Shown here: piece after piece, positions 1 to 10,820 of the stretch
How positions within the stretch are numbered: the stretch's first letter is position 1
Layout: each line of letters begins with the position of its first letter
Assembly (NCBI GenBank): GCA_021323855.1
Contig: JAJPKE010000005.1
Location: forward strand, 45,935 to 109,934
Source: Chloroflexota bacterium
Lineage (GTDB): Bacteria > Chloroflexota > Ktedonobacteria > Ktedonobacterales > JADMIN01
Direction: 5' to 3'
Length of the DNA: 64,000 nt
Position numbers and translations under genes: made by a program
Notes under the pieces: generated by a model
Databases searched by the model: none
Told to the model about the DNA's origin: nothing
What the model saw: only the letters and a program-made list of their open reading frames with translations

Positions 1-904
<904 letters not shown>

Positions 905-997
905 GATGCGCCTCCTCGGTAGCTTGAGAAAACGATGTGTCAGAGCGCTCTCTAGAGGATGATACGTACTTGACAAATGCACAGTCAATATTGATCA

Positions 998-2275
998 ATG
1001 AATCAATATGAAGACGCGGAGGTCGTGATGCAACAGTCGCGTTATCTGACGGCGCGGGAGGTTGCCGAAACGCTGGGAGTCAGCCTGGCAACGGTCTATT
1101 CCTATGTCAGCCGTGGGTTGATTCGTTCCGAGGCGACCGGCGAAAACAACCGCAAGCGGCGCTATCTCGCTGAGGATGTGGAGAAGCTCAGCGAGCGCAA
1201 AATGTATCGGCGTGACCCCGCGAAGATCGCGGAACATGCGATGCACTGGGGCATGCCAGTGCTGGAATCGGCGCTGACCAGCATCAGCGAAACCGGACTT
1301 TTCTATCGCGGGCAAGATGCCCTCCAACTGGCGACGACGGCGACCATCGAGGAGGTAGCCGCGCTGCTCTGGGCGGGCGACAGAGGGAACGCGGCGACGA
1401 TTTTTGCGGCGAAATCAGCGCCAGCGCTGGCGCGGCCCCATCAATGGCTGCAAACGCTGGATGCTCTAGATGCTAGTCTTTCACCGATTCAGCGCGCCGC
1501 CATCGCGCTGACACTCTCCTCTGTAGATGACCTGGCTGCCTATGATCTGGAAAATGTTGATTCTGCTATACAGGTCGGCGCGCGTATCCTGCGAGTAATG
1601 GCAGTAACGCTCGCAGGGATGGAAACCTCAGCCGCAACGTGGCTGACAAAGCCAGGCATCTCACTTGCCGAGATATTGCAGCGCAATTGGCAACTACCCG
1701 CAGATACCGCCAGGCTCCTCGACGCGATGCTGATCCTCTGCGCCGACCATGAACTCAACACTTCGACATTTGCGGCGCGGGTGGTCGCTTCGTCTGGCGC
1801 GCACCTCTATCTGGCCGTGTCCGCTGGGCTGGCGGCGCTTCAGGGAATACGCCACGGCGGCTCAACCTTACTGGTGGAAGGATTGCTGCGCGAGGTTGGT
1901 GAACCACAACATGTGCGCAGGGTGCTGGCGCAACGGCTGCAGCGAGGCCAAGCCATTCCCGGTTTCGGGCATCGGCTCTATCCTGATGGCGACCCGCGAG
2001 GTAAGCTGCTGCTGCGGCTGGCTGCTGAGACCTATCCCGATAGCCTGTCGGTTGCTCTGGCGCAGAGATTGGCGGAAACGATGCAGGAGGAGACCGGAAG
2101 GCAACCGACGTTGGAACTGGCGCTGGTGACGCTGGCCAATGCGCTGGGGCTACCAGAAGGCTCTGCGCTCTCGTTGTTTGCATTGGGCCGCACCGTAGGA
2201 TGGATCGGTCATGCGCTGGAACAATATCAGAGCGGTCAGATGATCCGGCCACGCGCCACCTACGCCGGGGTCTGA
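998..2275 (+). CDS. Citrate synthase-fold protein with N-terminal MerR/excisionase-type HTH
   Basis: 425 aa. HTH TAREVAETLGVSLATVYSYVSRGLI is followed by citrate-synthase core motifs HELNTSTFAARVVASSGAHLY and GFGHRLYPDGDPRG. Confidence 0.8.
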   Translation: MNQYEDAEVVMQQSRYLTAREVAETLGVSLATVYSYVSRGLIRSEATGENNRKRRYLAEDVEKLSERKMYRRDPAKIAEHAMHWGMPVLESALTSISETGLFYRGQDALQLATTATIEEVAALLWAGDRGNAATIFAAKSAPALARPHQWLQTLDALDASLSPIQRAAIALTLSSVDDLAAYDLENVDSAIQVGARILRVMAVTLAGMETSAATWLTKPGISLAEILQRNWQLPADTARLLDAMLILCADHELNTSTFAARVVASSGAHLYLAVSAGLAALQGIRHGGSTLLVEGLLREVGEPQHVRRVLAQRLQRGQAIPGFGHRLYPDGDPRGKLLLRLAAETYPDSLSVALAQRLAETMQEETGRQPTLELALVTLANALGLPEGSALSLFALGRTVGWIGHALEQYQSGQMIRPRATYAGV

Positions 2276-2322
2276 CGAAGTGTGCATTACTGCCACATCA
2301 TACATGTTCCTGAAAACAGCGA

Positions 2323-3096
2323 TTACGGCTGTTGTAGCAGGAAAGGCAAGACGACAGGCAAGACGGTTTTACGGGCATCTACCAGTTGGCCATGATCCAG
2401 CCCATCGAAAATGACCAACTGTTTGCCAGCCGCTTCGATGGCGGCGCGCTGTGCTTCGAGCTTTTCGAGAACATGGTCGTTCGTGCCAGTATAGACCAAC
2501 AGCGGGCAGCGAATTTGATTGGGCTGCACCTGCCGCCAGTGGACAAGGCTTTGCAGGCTTGCCATCACCATCGCAAACGGATAGGTTGTTGCCTCTTCGC
2601 GCTCCTCCGACGACATTTCAACATCGAGCTGGTCAAGCGTCCCAGCGACCTGCGCATCCGCTAATGGTTGCATTTCAGCTAGGATGGGATCAACCTCCTC
2701 CTGTCTGTAGACCGGACCAAAGACGGTTCCGGCCAGCACAGCGCGCGTCACGCGGTCGCTCGTTGCCGCAACCTGGCGCACAATCGTCGCGCCAAACGAA
2801 TGTCCCCACAGGCTGAAGTGGTCCGCGCCGCTGGCATCGGCCACCGCCAGGATATCGGCAAGTATGCGCTCCTCGGCGTAGGCGGCGGGACTAGCTGGCC
2901 GGTCACTCTCGCCATTGCCGCGCAGGTCCACTGCGATGACGGTGAAATGCTGGCCGAGCGGCTCGATGTAGCCCGCCGTATGCCAGCGTTGGCGCGAGCC
3001 GGGCAAGCCGTGCAGCAAGAGCAACGCCGGACCAGAACCGCTGCGATCATAGGCGATGCGCACGCCATCAGGCGCGGTTGCATACTGAGTTTCCAT
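2323..3096 (-). CDS. Alpha/beta-fold hydrolase
   Basis: 257 aa. LLLLHGLPGS oxyanion region and nucleophile elbow GHSFG. Confidence 0.8.
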   Translation of the reverse strand: METQYATAPDGVRIAYDRSGSGPALLLLHGLPGSRQRWHTAGYIEPLGQHFTVIAVDLRGNGESDRPASPAAYAEERILADILAVADASGADHFSLWGHSFGATIVRQVAATSDRVTRAVLAGTVFGPVYRQEEVDPILAEMQPLADAQVAGTLDQLDVEMSSEEREEATTYPFAMVMASLQSLVHWRQVQPNQIRCPLLVYTGTNDHVLEKLEAQRAAIEAAGKQLVIFDGLDHGQLVDARKTVLPVVLPFLLQQP

Positions 3097-3143
3097 TCGT
3101 CTAACTTTCTCTCCTCCTGAAGAGGATGTCAGAGGAGGCGCTG

Positions 3144-3665
3144 TTATAACGTCCGCTCCATTGTGAAGGTTGGAAGGCCGTTGCTATTGACGCCTCCTGC
3201 GCCCGGAACGCGCTCGAAGCCCTGCGCTTCCCAGAAGGCGGTGGCTGGCGTATTCTGCTCCAAGACGCCGATGCGCAGGCGCGTCCAGCCCAAATCCTCG
3301 CGGAAATGTTGTGCCAACCGCGCGAACGCTTCACTGCCGAGTCCTCGCCGTTGGTGCGAGCCAGCGATCATCAAGAGGCCGAGCCAGGGCAGGCCGTCGT
3401 CGGGATTCTCCGCCAGATAGTCCGCCTGACCGACCGCTTCGCCGGTCGCTTTGAGATAGATGCCCAGCATGACGCGCCCGGGCATCATCTGCGCCACCTG
3501 CCAATCGCGCTGGAGCATCGCCAGATCATAGTAGCCAGCCTCGCCCTGCGACCCCTCGCTCCAGGCGACGAACTGCGGATTGGAGAGATACACCGGCAGC
3601 AGCGCGGGCAGATCATCTGGCACGATCTCGCGGATGCGTAGCCGCTCGCTTTCCAGTTCGATCAT
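3144..3665 (-). CDS. GNAT N-acetyltransferase (RimJ/RimL-like)
   Basis: 173 aa. Acetyl-CoA motif QRRGLGSEA within a typical GNAT core. Confidence 0.8.
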   Translation of the reverse strand: MIELESERLRIREIVPDDLPALLPVYLSNPQFVAWSEGSQGEAGYYDLAMLQRDWQVAQMMPGRVMLGIYLKATGEAVGQADYLAENPDDGLPWLGLLMIAGSHQRRGLGSEAFARLAQHFREDLGWTRLRIGVLEQNTPATAFWEAQGFERVPGAGGVNSNGLPTFTMERTL

Positions 3666-3693
3666 AGAAGGACCTCAATTCAGGAAGAGCAAA

Positions 3694-4071
3694 TCATTCT
3701 TTATCACGCTTCCATTGCTCTTCGTGCAATTGGAGCAGTTTATCGAACGTATCATTGATAATGCTCCGTCTTTGGCGCTTGAAATCTGAGCGTGGCTCAA
3801 GCCTATCTATCTGCTTGTCGTACATTGCCAGATAACGGACCTTCCAGGTGGAGACACTCAGCGCCTTCGGCAATACCCCATGACAGTGAGTACAGACCAG
3901 CAACAGCAGTTCGATGCACGGCATGAGCATGCTCTCGGCGTCTTCATCAAGGCGAAAACGTTCGGTGTCTCCGAAGATTGCCTCAATGAGACCAACGTAG
4001 TGGTCTACCTGCTTATTGATAAAATCCAGCGCCGCATCGTTCTCGAAATTGCCCGATCCCCAGGTGCCCAT
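3694..4071 (-). CDS. DUF4259-like small protein
   Basis: 125 aa starting MGTWGSGNFENDAALDF, the N-terminal signature I associate with DUF4259. GC is visibly lower here. Confidence 0.55.
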   Translation of the reverse strand: MGTWGSGNFENDAALDFINKQVDHYVGLIEAIFGDTERFRLDEDAESMLMPCIELLLLVCTHCHGVLPKALSVSTWKVRYLAMYDKQIDRLEPRSDFKRQRRSIINDTFDKLLQLHEEQWKRDKE

Positions 4072-4122
4072 ACTCCCTCCGGCTCGGACTGGAATTACTG
4101 TCGGCGGCTCAAAGAAACGGTC

Positions 4123-5082
4123 TTATGGCAGGGCAGCCAGCGCTTCTCGAGCGGCGGTGATGCCTTCGTTGAAGCTGTTTGCCTCCGCAAGCACAAGCGC
4201 GCGCTGATAGTGGTCGCGCGCAACCTCTATTTCCCCTGCTTTCTGCTTTGTGGCGCCGAGTGAGAGCAACACGAAAAGCTGCGCCAGCGGAATATCCATC
4301 GTTTCTGCTAGATCGTTAGCGCGCTGAAAGTATTCTAGCGCGGCGGCATCGTTGTTCTGCGCCAGCAGCACATCACCCACCGCCAGCAGCGATAACGGCA
4401 GCAAGATGCGATAGCCCAGCTCTTCGCGCAGGGCGAGCGACCGCTGGAAGCCAGCCAGCGCCGTGCCCAGATCACCGGCCTCCTGCGCGATACCGGCCAG
4501 ATGCCGCCGCGCATACGATTCTTCCAGCTTGTGACCGTGAGCCGTCGCCGTTTCGAGCGCCGCCTCATACTGCTTGCGCGCCTCGTCCGTCTGCCCCAGC
4601 CGCTCATGAATAAGGCCGACGTGAAAGAGCGATTCCGCGATACCGTGCGTATCGTTCAGCCCTTCGCGGATGACCAGCGCACGCCGAAAGAACATCAACG
4701 CCTCGTCATAGCTGCCCTCGCCGAGATTAAGCGCGCGATTGTAGCGTATCAGCCCAGCCAGATCTGCGGCATCGGCGGAGAGCCGGGTGCTGTTCGCCAT
4801 GCCAGCCAACACTTCTGCTCGCCCTGCCGTTTCGAGCGCAAGATCATAGTCAACGTTTGCGTAGAACGTGCGATGATCGAGGATGGCGCCGAACGCAAGC
4901 GCCAGCCGTGCCCGGTCACGCACATCTACGGCGCCATCCGGCGCCTGCTCGATGAGTTCCATGCCGCCACGTAGCAGCCGTGTCGCCTCGTTTAGCTTAC
5001 CGGCGCGGTAGCAAATATCGGCAACGTCGCAAAATCCATTGACGAGCGCGCTATAACCCGCCGTCATATCTGGTTCCGGCAT
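4123..5082 (-). CDS. Tetratricopeptide (TPR) repeat protein
   Basis: Track ORF 4123..5421 overlaps the next gene, so I moved the start to ATG 5082 (AGGGGG just upstream). The product is about 320 aa of repeated A/L/Y-rich helical units, e.g. EALMFFRRALVIRE and EARKQYEAALETA. Confidence 0.7.
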   Translation of the reverse strand: MPEPDMTAGYSALVNGFCDVADICYRAGKLNEATRLLRGGMELIEQAPDGAVDVRDRARLALAFGAILDHRTFYANVDYDLALETAGRAEVLAGMANSTRLSADAADLAGLIRYNRALNLGEGSYDEALMFFRRALVIREGLNDTHGIAESLFHVGLIHERLGQTDEARKQYEAALETATAHGHKLEESYARRHLAGIAQEAGDLGTALAGFQRSLALREELGYRILLPLSLLAVGDVLLAQNNDAAALEYFQRANDLAETMDIPLAQLFVLLSLGATKQKAGEIEVARDHYQRALVLAEANSFNEGITAAREALAALP

Positions 5083-5092
5083 AATGAACCCC

Positions 5093-6088
5093 CTATTTCT
5101 CAGCCTCTTGCTTATTCTCGGTCCACTTCTTGAGCAACTCGCCCATGTTCCAGGAGAAGACTTCGCGCCCGCCCAGGTCCGCATAGATGGCGGGCACCGG
5201 CGTCTGCATCGCTTCTTCTGCTGTCGCGCCGCGTGCGATGGCTTCGCGCACCAGCGCCTCCACATCGCTGGCATACTGGCGCACCTGCCGGCAATCATCG
5301 AGCGTGCCCAGCCGTCCGTGCCCTGGCACGACCCGCGCCACATCCCAGGTCTCGATCTCACTGAGCATGCGCCGTAGTTCCGCAGGATCGCCGTCCAGCA
5401 GCATCGTATGCAGGCCAGCAAAGACCAAGTCGCCGATGAAGAGGATGCGTTCGTCGCGCAGCAACAGCACCGCGTCGCTCGGCGTGTGCCCGCCGCCCAG
5501 CGTCACCACTTCCGCCGTGCGCTGCGTGCCGTGGAAGAGCAGCGTATGATCGAAGGCGAGGTCCGGCAGCACTGTGCGCAGCGCCGGCATGGTCTGTAGC
5601 AATTCTTCCTGCTCACCGATTTGCCGCTCCAGGGCGGCGCGCTGCTGCTCATCGGTCTCATTTTCCAACTGTTGGCGCATCTCTTCCAGCGAGGACGCGC
5701 CGCTCTCGTGTATCTCCGTGAAAAATTCGGCGTGGCGCGGCCCCATCAGTTCGCGCGTCTTTTCAGTGGCAATGAGACTGGGACGGCGACCATCCTCGAA
5801 AAACACCTGATTGCCGTTGATGTGATCGGCATGCAGGTGACTGTTGATGACGTAGCGCGCAGGGCGGCCCGTCAACTGCTCAGCGGCGTCGCGCAGATCA
5901 CGCGCGGCTTGCAGCGTGAACATCGTGTCGAAGATCAGCGTCTCGTCGCCGAGGTCTACGATACCGGCGTTGCAGAGCGCGCCACGCCCCGGCACCGATA
6001 GCGCCGCATAGACGCCATCCGCCAGTTGTTCCAGCCGGAAATGCGCTGAAGTGGGAAGTTGCGCCGTCGTCTGCTCTACGGTTGTCAT
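5093..6088 (-). CDS. MBL-fold metallo-hydrolase
   Basis: 331 aa. HLHADHINGN matches the H-x-H-x-D-H zinc motif. Confidence 0.85.
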   Translation of the reverse strand: MTTVEQTTAQLPTSAHFRLEQLADGVYAALSVPGRGALCNAGIVDLGDETLIFDTMFTLQAARDLRDAAEQLTGRPARYVINSHLHADHINGNQVFFEDGRRPSLIATEKTRELMGPRHAEFFTEIHESGASSLEEMRQQLENETDEQQRAALERQIGEQEELLQTMPALRTVLPDLAFDHTLLFHGTQRTAEVVTLGGGHTPSDAVLLLRDERILFIGDLVFAGLHTMLLDGDPAELRRMLSEIETWDVARVVPGHGRLGTLDDCRQVRQYASDVEALVREAIARGATAEEAMQTPVPAIYADLGGREVFSWNMGELLKKWTENKQEAEK

Positions 6089-6107
6089 CAGGTATCCTCT
6101 TCTAATT

Positions 6108-6749
6108 CTATGCGTTATCCGTGCGCGCTATCGTGCCTGTTTTCGTTCCGGCAGAGTTTGCCGGTTTCCCGGCGTCTGCCGGTTGCTCCAACCGCCAGTA
6201 TATCCCCTTTTCGCGCGCCATGTACTTGCCGGCGATGAACTCGCGGCGCAGTGTCGCGTAGTCGGGATGGTAGCGTGTGAGTATCTCGTTGACTTCTTTT
6301 TCGGTGTAGGTCCTGCCAAAGGCAAACTGTTCGATCAGCCAGCGCAGGATGATCTCACGCTTGCGGCGGTAGGCAGGGATTTCTTTCAATTTGCCGTCCT
6401 CCAAAAAGTCGTTTAGCACTTTGCGCTCCCAGGCGTCCATCTCGACATCGCCAATTAGCGCCGCCCGCTCTGGATTCGCCAGCAGTTTATTGATGCGCCC
6501 CAGCCCTTTGCCGTTCATGCGATAGACGTGCGTGTTGCCATCTGCCTTCATCTCCACTAGCCCGATGTCTTTGAGCCGCGCCAAATGCCACGACACCGTA
6601 GACGGCTGCAAGTTCAGCAACACCGCCAGCTCTTCGACACTGCGCTTCTCCGCCGCCAGCAGCCCCAAGATGCGCAGCCGCGTCTGATCCGCCAGCGTCT
6701 TCAGAAATTGCAAGAGTTGCTGCAATTCGATCTGTTCTTCCTGTGTCAT
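6108..6749 (-). CDS. ArsR/SmtB-family transcriptional regulator with DUF2087-like C-terminal domain
   Basis: 213 aa. Winged HTH LADQTRLRILGLLAAEKRSVEELAVLLNLQPSTVSWHLARLKDIGLV. C-terminal region IPAYRRKREIILRWL...YATLRREFIAGKYMAREKGIYWR. Confidence 0.8.
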   Translation of the reverse strand: MTQEEQIELQQLLQFLKTLADQTRLRILGLLAAEKRSVEELAVLLNLQPSTVSWHLARLKDIGLVEMKADGNTHVYRMNGKGLGRINKLLANPERAALIGDVEMDAWERKVLNDFLEDGKLKEIPAYRRKREIILRWLIEQFAFGRTYTEKEVNEILTRYHPDYATLRREFIAGKYMAREKGIYWRLEQPADAGKPANSAGTKTGTIARTDNA

Positions 6750-6797
6750 GGTTGCGTTCCCCCTCCAGAGTTTCTATCAGCATCTCTATTGATATAC

Positions 6798-6836
6798 ATC
6801 TAATTAGATTATCATCAAAACATCGGCGCATGTCAA
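6798..6836 (-). promoter_or_regulatory. Sigma-70-type promoter with overlapping palindromic operator for the arsR-led operon
   Basis: On the minus strand: TTGACA (6836-6831), 17-nt spacer, GATAAT (6813-6808). A perfect palindrome ATCTAATTAGAT (6798-6809) overlaps the -10/TSS. A GGAGGGGG SD precedes ATG 6749. Confidence 0.5.
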
Positions 6837-7457
6837 GAGGCACGCATAATCGAGAAAGCGCCGATCTTGACGCTCTCGTATGGGCTGGCCTATACTCTCA
6901 ACGGGAGCCGCATGGCTCCATTGATTTGCCTGTCTTGTAGAGTGTTTGTTGTTAGAGAGGTTGGTGAGCGCGTATGGACGGCAGTAGTAGTTGCCGTAGC
7001 CATTGTCACCGTTCACGACACAGGTTTCTCAGCGCAGGAGCGGGAAGCGCCGGCTGGGGATGTGTTCTGCGGGAGCATCACTGCCAACCGTTCTCCGCTT
7101 CGCACATGAAGGTTGGTAGCCGGTAAGTCGCCTCCATGCGTCGCGCCACCGTTGCGCTCCCCTCCTGAACATGCCTCCTCATCTGAGCTATTTCCTCTCG
7201 CCTTTTCACATTTCATTCGCTGCCTACACATGAGGGGCGTCTGCGGATATTTTTGCGCCGAGAAACATCCCAACAAAACATCTTGCCGGTCCTGTTCATC
7301 ATCACACATCATGCTAGCACTATCGCGCTATCAACGCTGGGACATTCTTAGAGGGTTCACTGAGGTATCTCAGCGCTTGTCCTGGGCGCCGCATGTTGGC
7401 ATACATGTTGATAGAGGCAGGGGCCGCAGAGTATAGCAGGGGAGAAGATGCACTCAG

Positions 7458-9284
7458 ATGAGCCAGATTCATACGCCGGTGGCGCCATCCATCTCGCGCA
7501 GGCAGCAGGCGGCTGCCATCGCTTCGACTCGCTGGGCAGATGCGCTTGTCATCATCGCGCTAATAGCGGTTGCCTATGGTGTCGTCGTTGCTGCCTCGCG
7601 CTGGGTTGCGCCGCTCACGCCAGGCACGCATATTGATCTTTCACCGCGTGCGTTGCCGCTCTACGCTGGCCTTTCGACGATGCGGATGGCGCTGGCGTAT
7701 CTGCTCTCGCTGGCCTTCACGCTGGTCTACGCGCGCATCGCGGCCACCAACCGCCGTGCCGAGCGTGTGATGGTGCCGCTGCTCGACATCCTGCAAAGCA
7801 TCCCGATCCTTTCGTTTCTGCCGGGCGTCGTGCTGGCGCTGGTGGCGCTCTTTCCACATAACAACATCGGTCTGGAACTGGCGGCGATCCTGCTGATCTT
7901 CACCAGCCAGGCGTGGAACATGACCTTCAGCTTTTATCATTCGCTGCTGGTCATTCCCAAAGAACTGCGTGAGGCGGCAACGATCTATCGCCTGAACGTC
8001 TGGCGGCGCTTTATCAAGCTGGAACTGCCGTTCGGGCAGATTCCCTTGATCTGGAACTCGATGATGAGCTGGGCCGGTGGCTGGTTCTTCTTGATGGCGG
8101 CAGAGCAGTTCACGCTTGGCTCGCACAGCTTCCAGTTGCCGGGACTGGGATCGTATTTGCAGACCGCTGCGAACGACGGCGACGTGGGCGCGCTCTTGCT
8201 GGGCCTGCTGGCGCTCATCATCGTGATCGTGCTGCTCGATCAACTGCTCTGGCGTCCGCTGATCGCCTGGGCCGACCGCTTCAAGATTGAGCAGACCAGC
8301 AGCGGTCAGGCGCCATCGTCCTGGGTGTTGCGGCTGCTGCGCCGCTCCACGCTTGTCGCCTGGTATGACGAGCATGTGTATCGCCCTGCCAGCGAACGCC
8401 TCGACCGCTTTCTAAGTCGCGCTGGCGGGGCGCGATTGGTGGCGGCGACCACCAGTGCCTCAGCCCGCATGGCGCTTGGCTCAACCCGCGCTGAAACAGC
8501 CAATGTCAAACGCGAAGGCTGGCGTCAGGCGCTCTCGGCTCAGCGCATTGTTGGCACCGTTATTGGCGTGGTGGCGCTGGCGCTCTGCCTGCTGGGAACG
8601 CTTGCCGCGTTGCGCCTTATCGCGCAGGTGCCGCCTGCCATGTGGGGGACGATTGCCGTGAGCGCGCTGGCAACGCTGTTGCGCACCGGCGTCGCGCTGG
8701 CCATCGGCGTCGCCTGGACGGTGCCGGTCGGTGTGGCCATCGGCCTGAATCAACGGCTGGCAGAACGGGCGCAGCCATTCGTGCAGATGGTCGCTTCGAT
8801 TCCAGCGACGGCGCTCTTTCCGGCGTTGCTGCTGGTGCTGCTGCGGTTGCCTGGCGGCCTGAACATCGCGGCGGTTGCGCTGATGCTGCTGGGGACGCAG
8901 TGGTACATTCTCTTCAACGTCATCGCCGGCGCAATGGCGATTCCCGGCGATCTACGCGAGGCGGCGGCGATCTATCAGGTGCGCGGCTGGCGGCGCTGGC
9001 GCACGCTGATCTTACCGGCGATCTTTCCCTATCTGGTGACCGGCATGATAACGGCGACCGGCGGCGCCTGGAACGCCAGCATCGTCTCGGAATACGTCAG
9101 CTTTGGCAACCATACGTATAGCACAGTCGGGTTAGGCGCGCTCATCGCTGGCAGCGCCAACAATAACGACTTTGCGCTGTTGCTGGCGGCGACGCTCGCT
9201 ATGGCGTTCGTTGTGGTTCTGCTGAACCGGCTGGTCTGGCGGCGCATGTATCGTCTGGCCGAAGACCGTTTCCATCTGGATTGA
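7458..9284 (+). CDS. ABC importer permease, duplicated (NitT/TauT nitrate/sulfonate/bicarbonate type)
   Basis: 608 aa and highly hydrophobic, with two BPD-transporter-like halves separated by a soluble linker. Confidence 0.8.
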   Translation: MSQIHTPVAPSISRRQQAAAIASTRWADALVIIALIAVAYGVVVAASRWVAPLTPGTHIDLSPRALPLYAGLSTMRMALAYLLSLAFTLVYARIAATNRRAERVMVPLLDILQSIPILSFLPGVVLALVALFPHNNIGLELAAILLIFTSQAWNMTFSFYHSLLVIPKELREAATIYRLNVWRRFIKLELPFGQIPLIWNSMMSWAGGWFFLMAAEQFTLGSHSFQLPGLGSYLQTAANDGDVGALLLGLLALIIVIVLLDQLLWRPLIAWADRFKIEQTSSGQAPSSWVLRLLRRSTLVAWYDEHVYRPASERLDRFLSRAGGARLVAATTSASARMALGSTRAETANVKREGWRQALSAQRIVGTVIGVVALALCLLGTLAALRLIAQVPPAMWGTIAVSALATLLRTGVALAIGVAWTVPVGVAIGLNQRLAERAQPFVQMVASIPATALFPALLLVLLRLPGGLNIAAVALMLLGTQWYILFNVIAGAMAIPGDLREAAAIYQVRGWRRWRTLILPAIFPYLVTGMITATGGAWNASIVSEYVSFGNHTYSTVGLGALIAGSANNNDFALLLAATLAMAFVVVLLNRLVWRRMYRLAEDRFHLD

Positions 9285-9289
9285 CCGGA

Positions 9290-9332
9290 CCTCACCCCCG
9301 CCCCTCTCCTCGCGAGGAGAGGGGAGTGCAGG
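9290..9332 (-). repeat. GC-rich hairpin repeat, family A (C-rich tail first)
   Basis: ctcacccccgCCCCTCTCCtcgcgaGGAGAGGGGagtgcagg. Starts 6 nt after the stop of the permease gene. Confidence 0.85.
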
Positions 9333-9368
9333 CCATTGTGCCATACAATACAAAGGAGATACGTATTC

Positions 9369-10775
9369 ATGACCACACCAGATATCAACAATATCAACAA
9401 CATCAGCAGCGCAGAGCAAACGTCAGCCGCTACGCCTGTGGGCGCGCCTGATGTATTGCTGCGCGCGCAGGCTGTCAGTAAGTATTATGGCAGCGAGCAG
9501 GAAAATAGCGTTCTCGTCCTCGATGACATTACGCTGGATCTGCGCAACGATGAGTTCATTGCGCTGCTCGGTCCCTCAGGCTCCGGCAAATCTACGCTGC
9601 TGCGCATCCTCGCGGGGCTGGTGACGCCTTCGCGCGGTGAGGTGTTGCTCCACGGCGCGCCGCTGGAGGGAGCCAATCCCAATGTGGCGATTGTCTTTCA
9701 GAACTTCGCGCTCTATCCCTGGTTGACGGTGCTGGAGAATGTCGAACTGGGGCTGCTGGCGAAGGAGCTAGCGCCGAAGGAGCGAGAGCAACGCGCGCTG
9801 CAAGCGATTGACCTGATCGGCCTCGATGGCTTCGAGTCGGCCTATCCGCGCGAGCTCTCCGGCGGCATGAAGCAGCGTGTCGGCTTCGCGCGGGCGCTGG
9901 TGGTTGAGCCGGAAATCCTTTTCCTGGATGAACCGTTCTCCGCGCTCGATGTGCTGGTTGCCGAGAACCTGCGCCATGAACTGCTCGACCTCTGGCTGGC
10001 GCGCAAGATTCCCACACGCACGATCCTGATGGTGACGCACAATATCAACGAGGCGGTGCAGATGGCGGACCGGCTGCTGGTCTTTGGCGCGAATCCGGGG
10101 CGCATCCGCGTGGAATTGCCTGGCCTGCCCCGCGATCAGCGCAGCCAGCCCGGCGCCACCAGTATCCGCGAGCAGCTTGCCGATACGGTCTATCGCATCA
10201 TGACGAATCCCAAAGCAGATGCGCAATCGCTGCTGCCCGGCGTCGCTCCGCTACGCCCGCCCACGCCATCGCCTGCGCCGGTTCCCCTGCCCGCCCGCGT
10301 GTACCAGACGTTGCCACACGTAAGCCTGGATGAGTTAGCCGGTTTCGTGGAGCGACTGTATACGCTGGGTGGCCGCGAGGACCTCTATGAGCTGGCGCGC
10401 GACCTTCAGATGGAGGCTGATGATCTGCTGCCGCTGGCGGAGGCGGCAAATCTGCTGGGCTTTGCGGACCTCGATGCCGGCGATGTGGTGCTGACGAACG
10501 TGGGGCAGCGGTTCGCGGAGGCTGATATTCTGGAGAAGAAGGTGATCTTTCGCCAGCAGGCGCAGGTTGGCATCAGCATCCTACGCCAGATCGTACAGGA
10601 TGTGGCGGCGTCGCCGGAGCATCGCCTCTCCGAAGATACGCTGCTCGCGGCGCTCGAACACTCGTTTAGCGTGGATGAGGCGCGGCGCCAGCTCGACACA
10701 GCGATTGATTGGGGCCGCTACGCCGAACTCTTCGCCTATGACGACGATGCCGGTGAGTTCTATCTGGAGGATTAG
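9369..10775 (+). CDS. ABC transporter ATP-binding protein (NitT/TauT type) with C-terminal AAA-associated-like domain
   Basis: Start moved to ATG 9369 (AAGGAGA upstream). Walker A GPSGSGKST, signature LSGGMKQR, Walker B ILFLDEP, and a C-terminal extension of about 200 aa. Confidence 0.85.
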   Translation: MTTPDINNINNISSAEQTSAATPVGAPDVLLRAQAVSKYYGSEQENSVLVLDDITLDLRNDEFIALLGPSGSGKSTLLRILAGLVTPSRGEVLLHGAPLEGANPNVAIVFQNFALYPWLTVLENVELGLLAKELAPKEREQRALQAIDLIGLDGFESAYPRELSGGMKQRVGFARALVVEPEILFLDEPFSALDVLVAENLRHELLDLWLARKIPTRTILMVTHNINEAVQMADRLLVFGANPGRIRVELPGLPRDQRSQPGATSIREQLADTVYRIMTNPKADAQSLLPGVAPLRPPTPSPAPVPLPARVYQTLPHVSLDELAGFVERLYTLGGREDLYELARDLQMEADDLLPLAEAANLLGFADLDAGDVVLTNVGQRFAEADILEKKVIFRQQAQVGISILRQIVQDVAASPEHRLSEDTLLAALEHSFSVDEARRQLDTAIDWGRYAELFAYDDDAGEFYLED

Positions 10776-10820
10776 CCCCCACCCCCAGCCCCTCTCCCGC
10801 AAGGAGAGGGGAGCGCAGGC
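10776..10820 (-). repeat. GC-rich hairpin repeat, family A (C-rich tail first)
   Basis: cccccacccccagCCCCTCTCCcgcaaGGAGAGGGGagcgcaggc. Begins directly after the TAG stop at 10773-10775. Confidence 0.85.

Noticed and set aside
6804-7016. 70-aa minus-strand ORF (MNGDNGYGNYYCRPYALTNL...) and a 50-codon Cys/His-rich plus-strand ORF from ATG 6974.
   Set aside because: Neither has a convincing SD. The minus-strand ORF has a GTG start and runs through the arsR promoter and operator. There are no recognisable motifs, so I kept the region only as part of the unexplained-leader finding.
7040-7140. Cobalamin-riboswitch-like strings (GGGAAGCGCCGG..., CACTGCC, GAAGG, AGCCGGTAAGTCGCC) upstream of the ABC importer.
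   Set aside because: The order and spacing of the elements do not fit the B12 consensus as I recall it: GAAG precedes the 3' stem arm rather than following it, and the B12-box match is poor. The element would also sit about 320 nt from the start codon.
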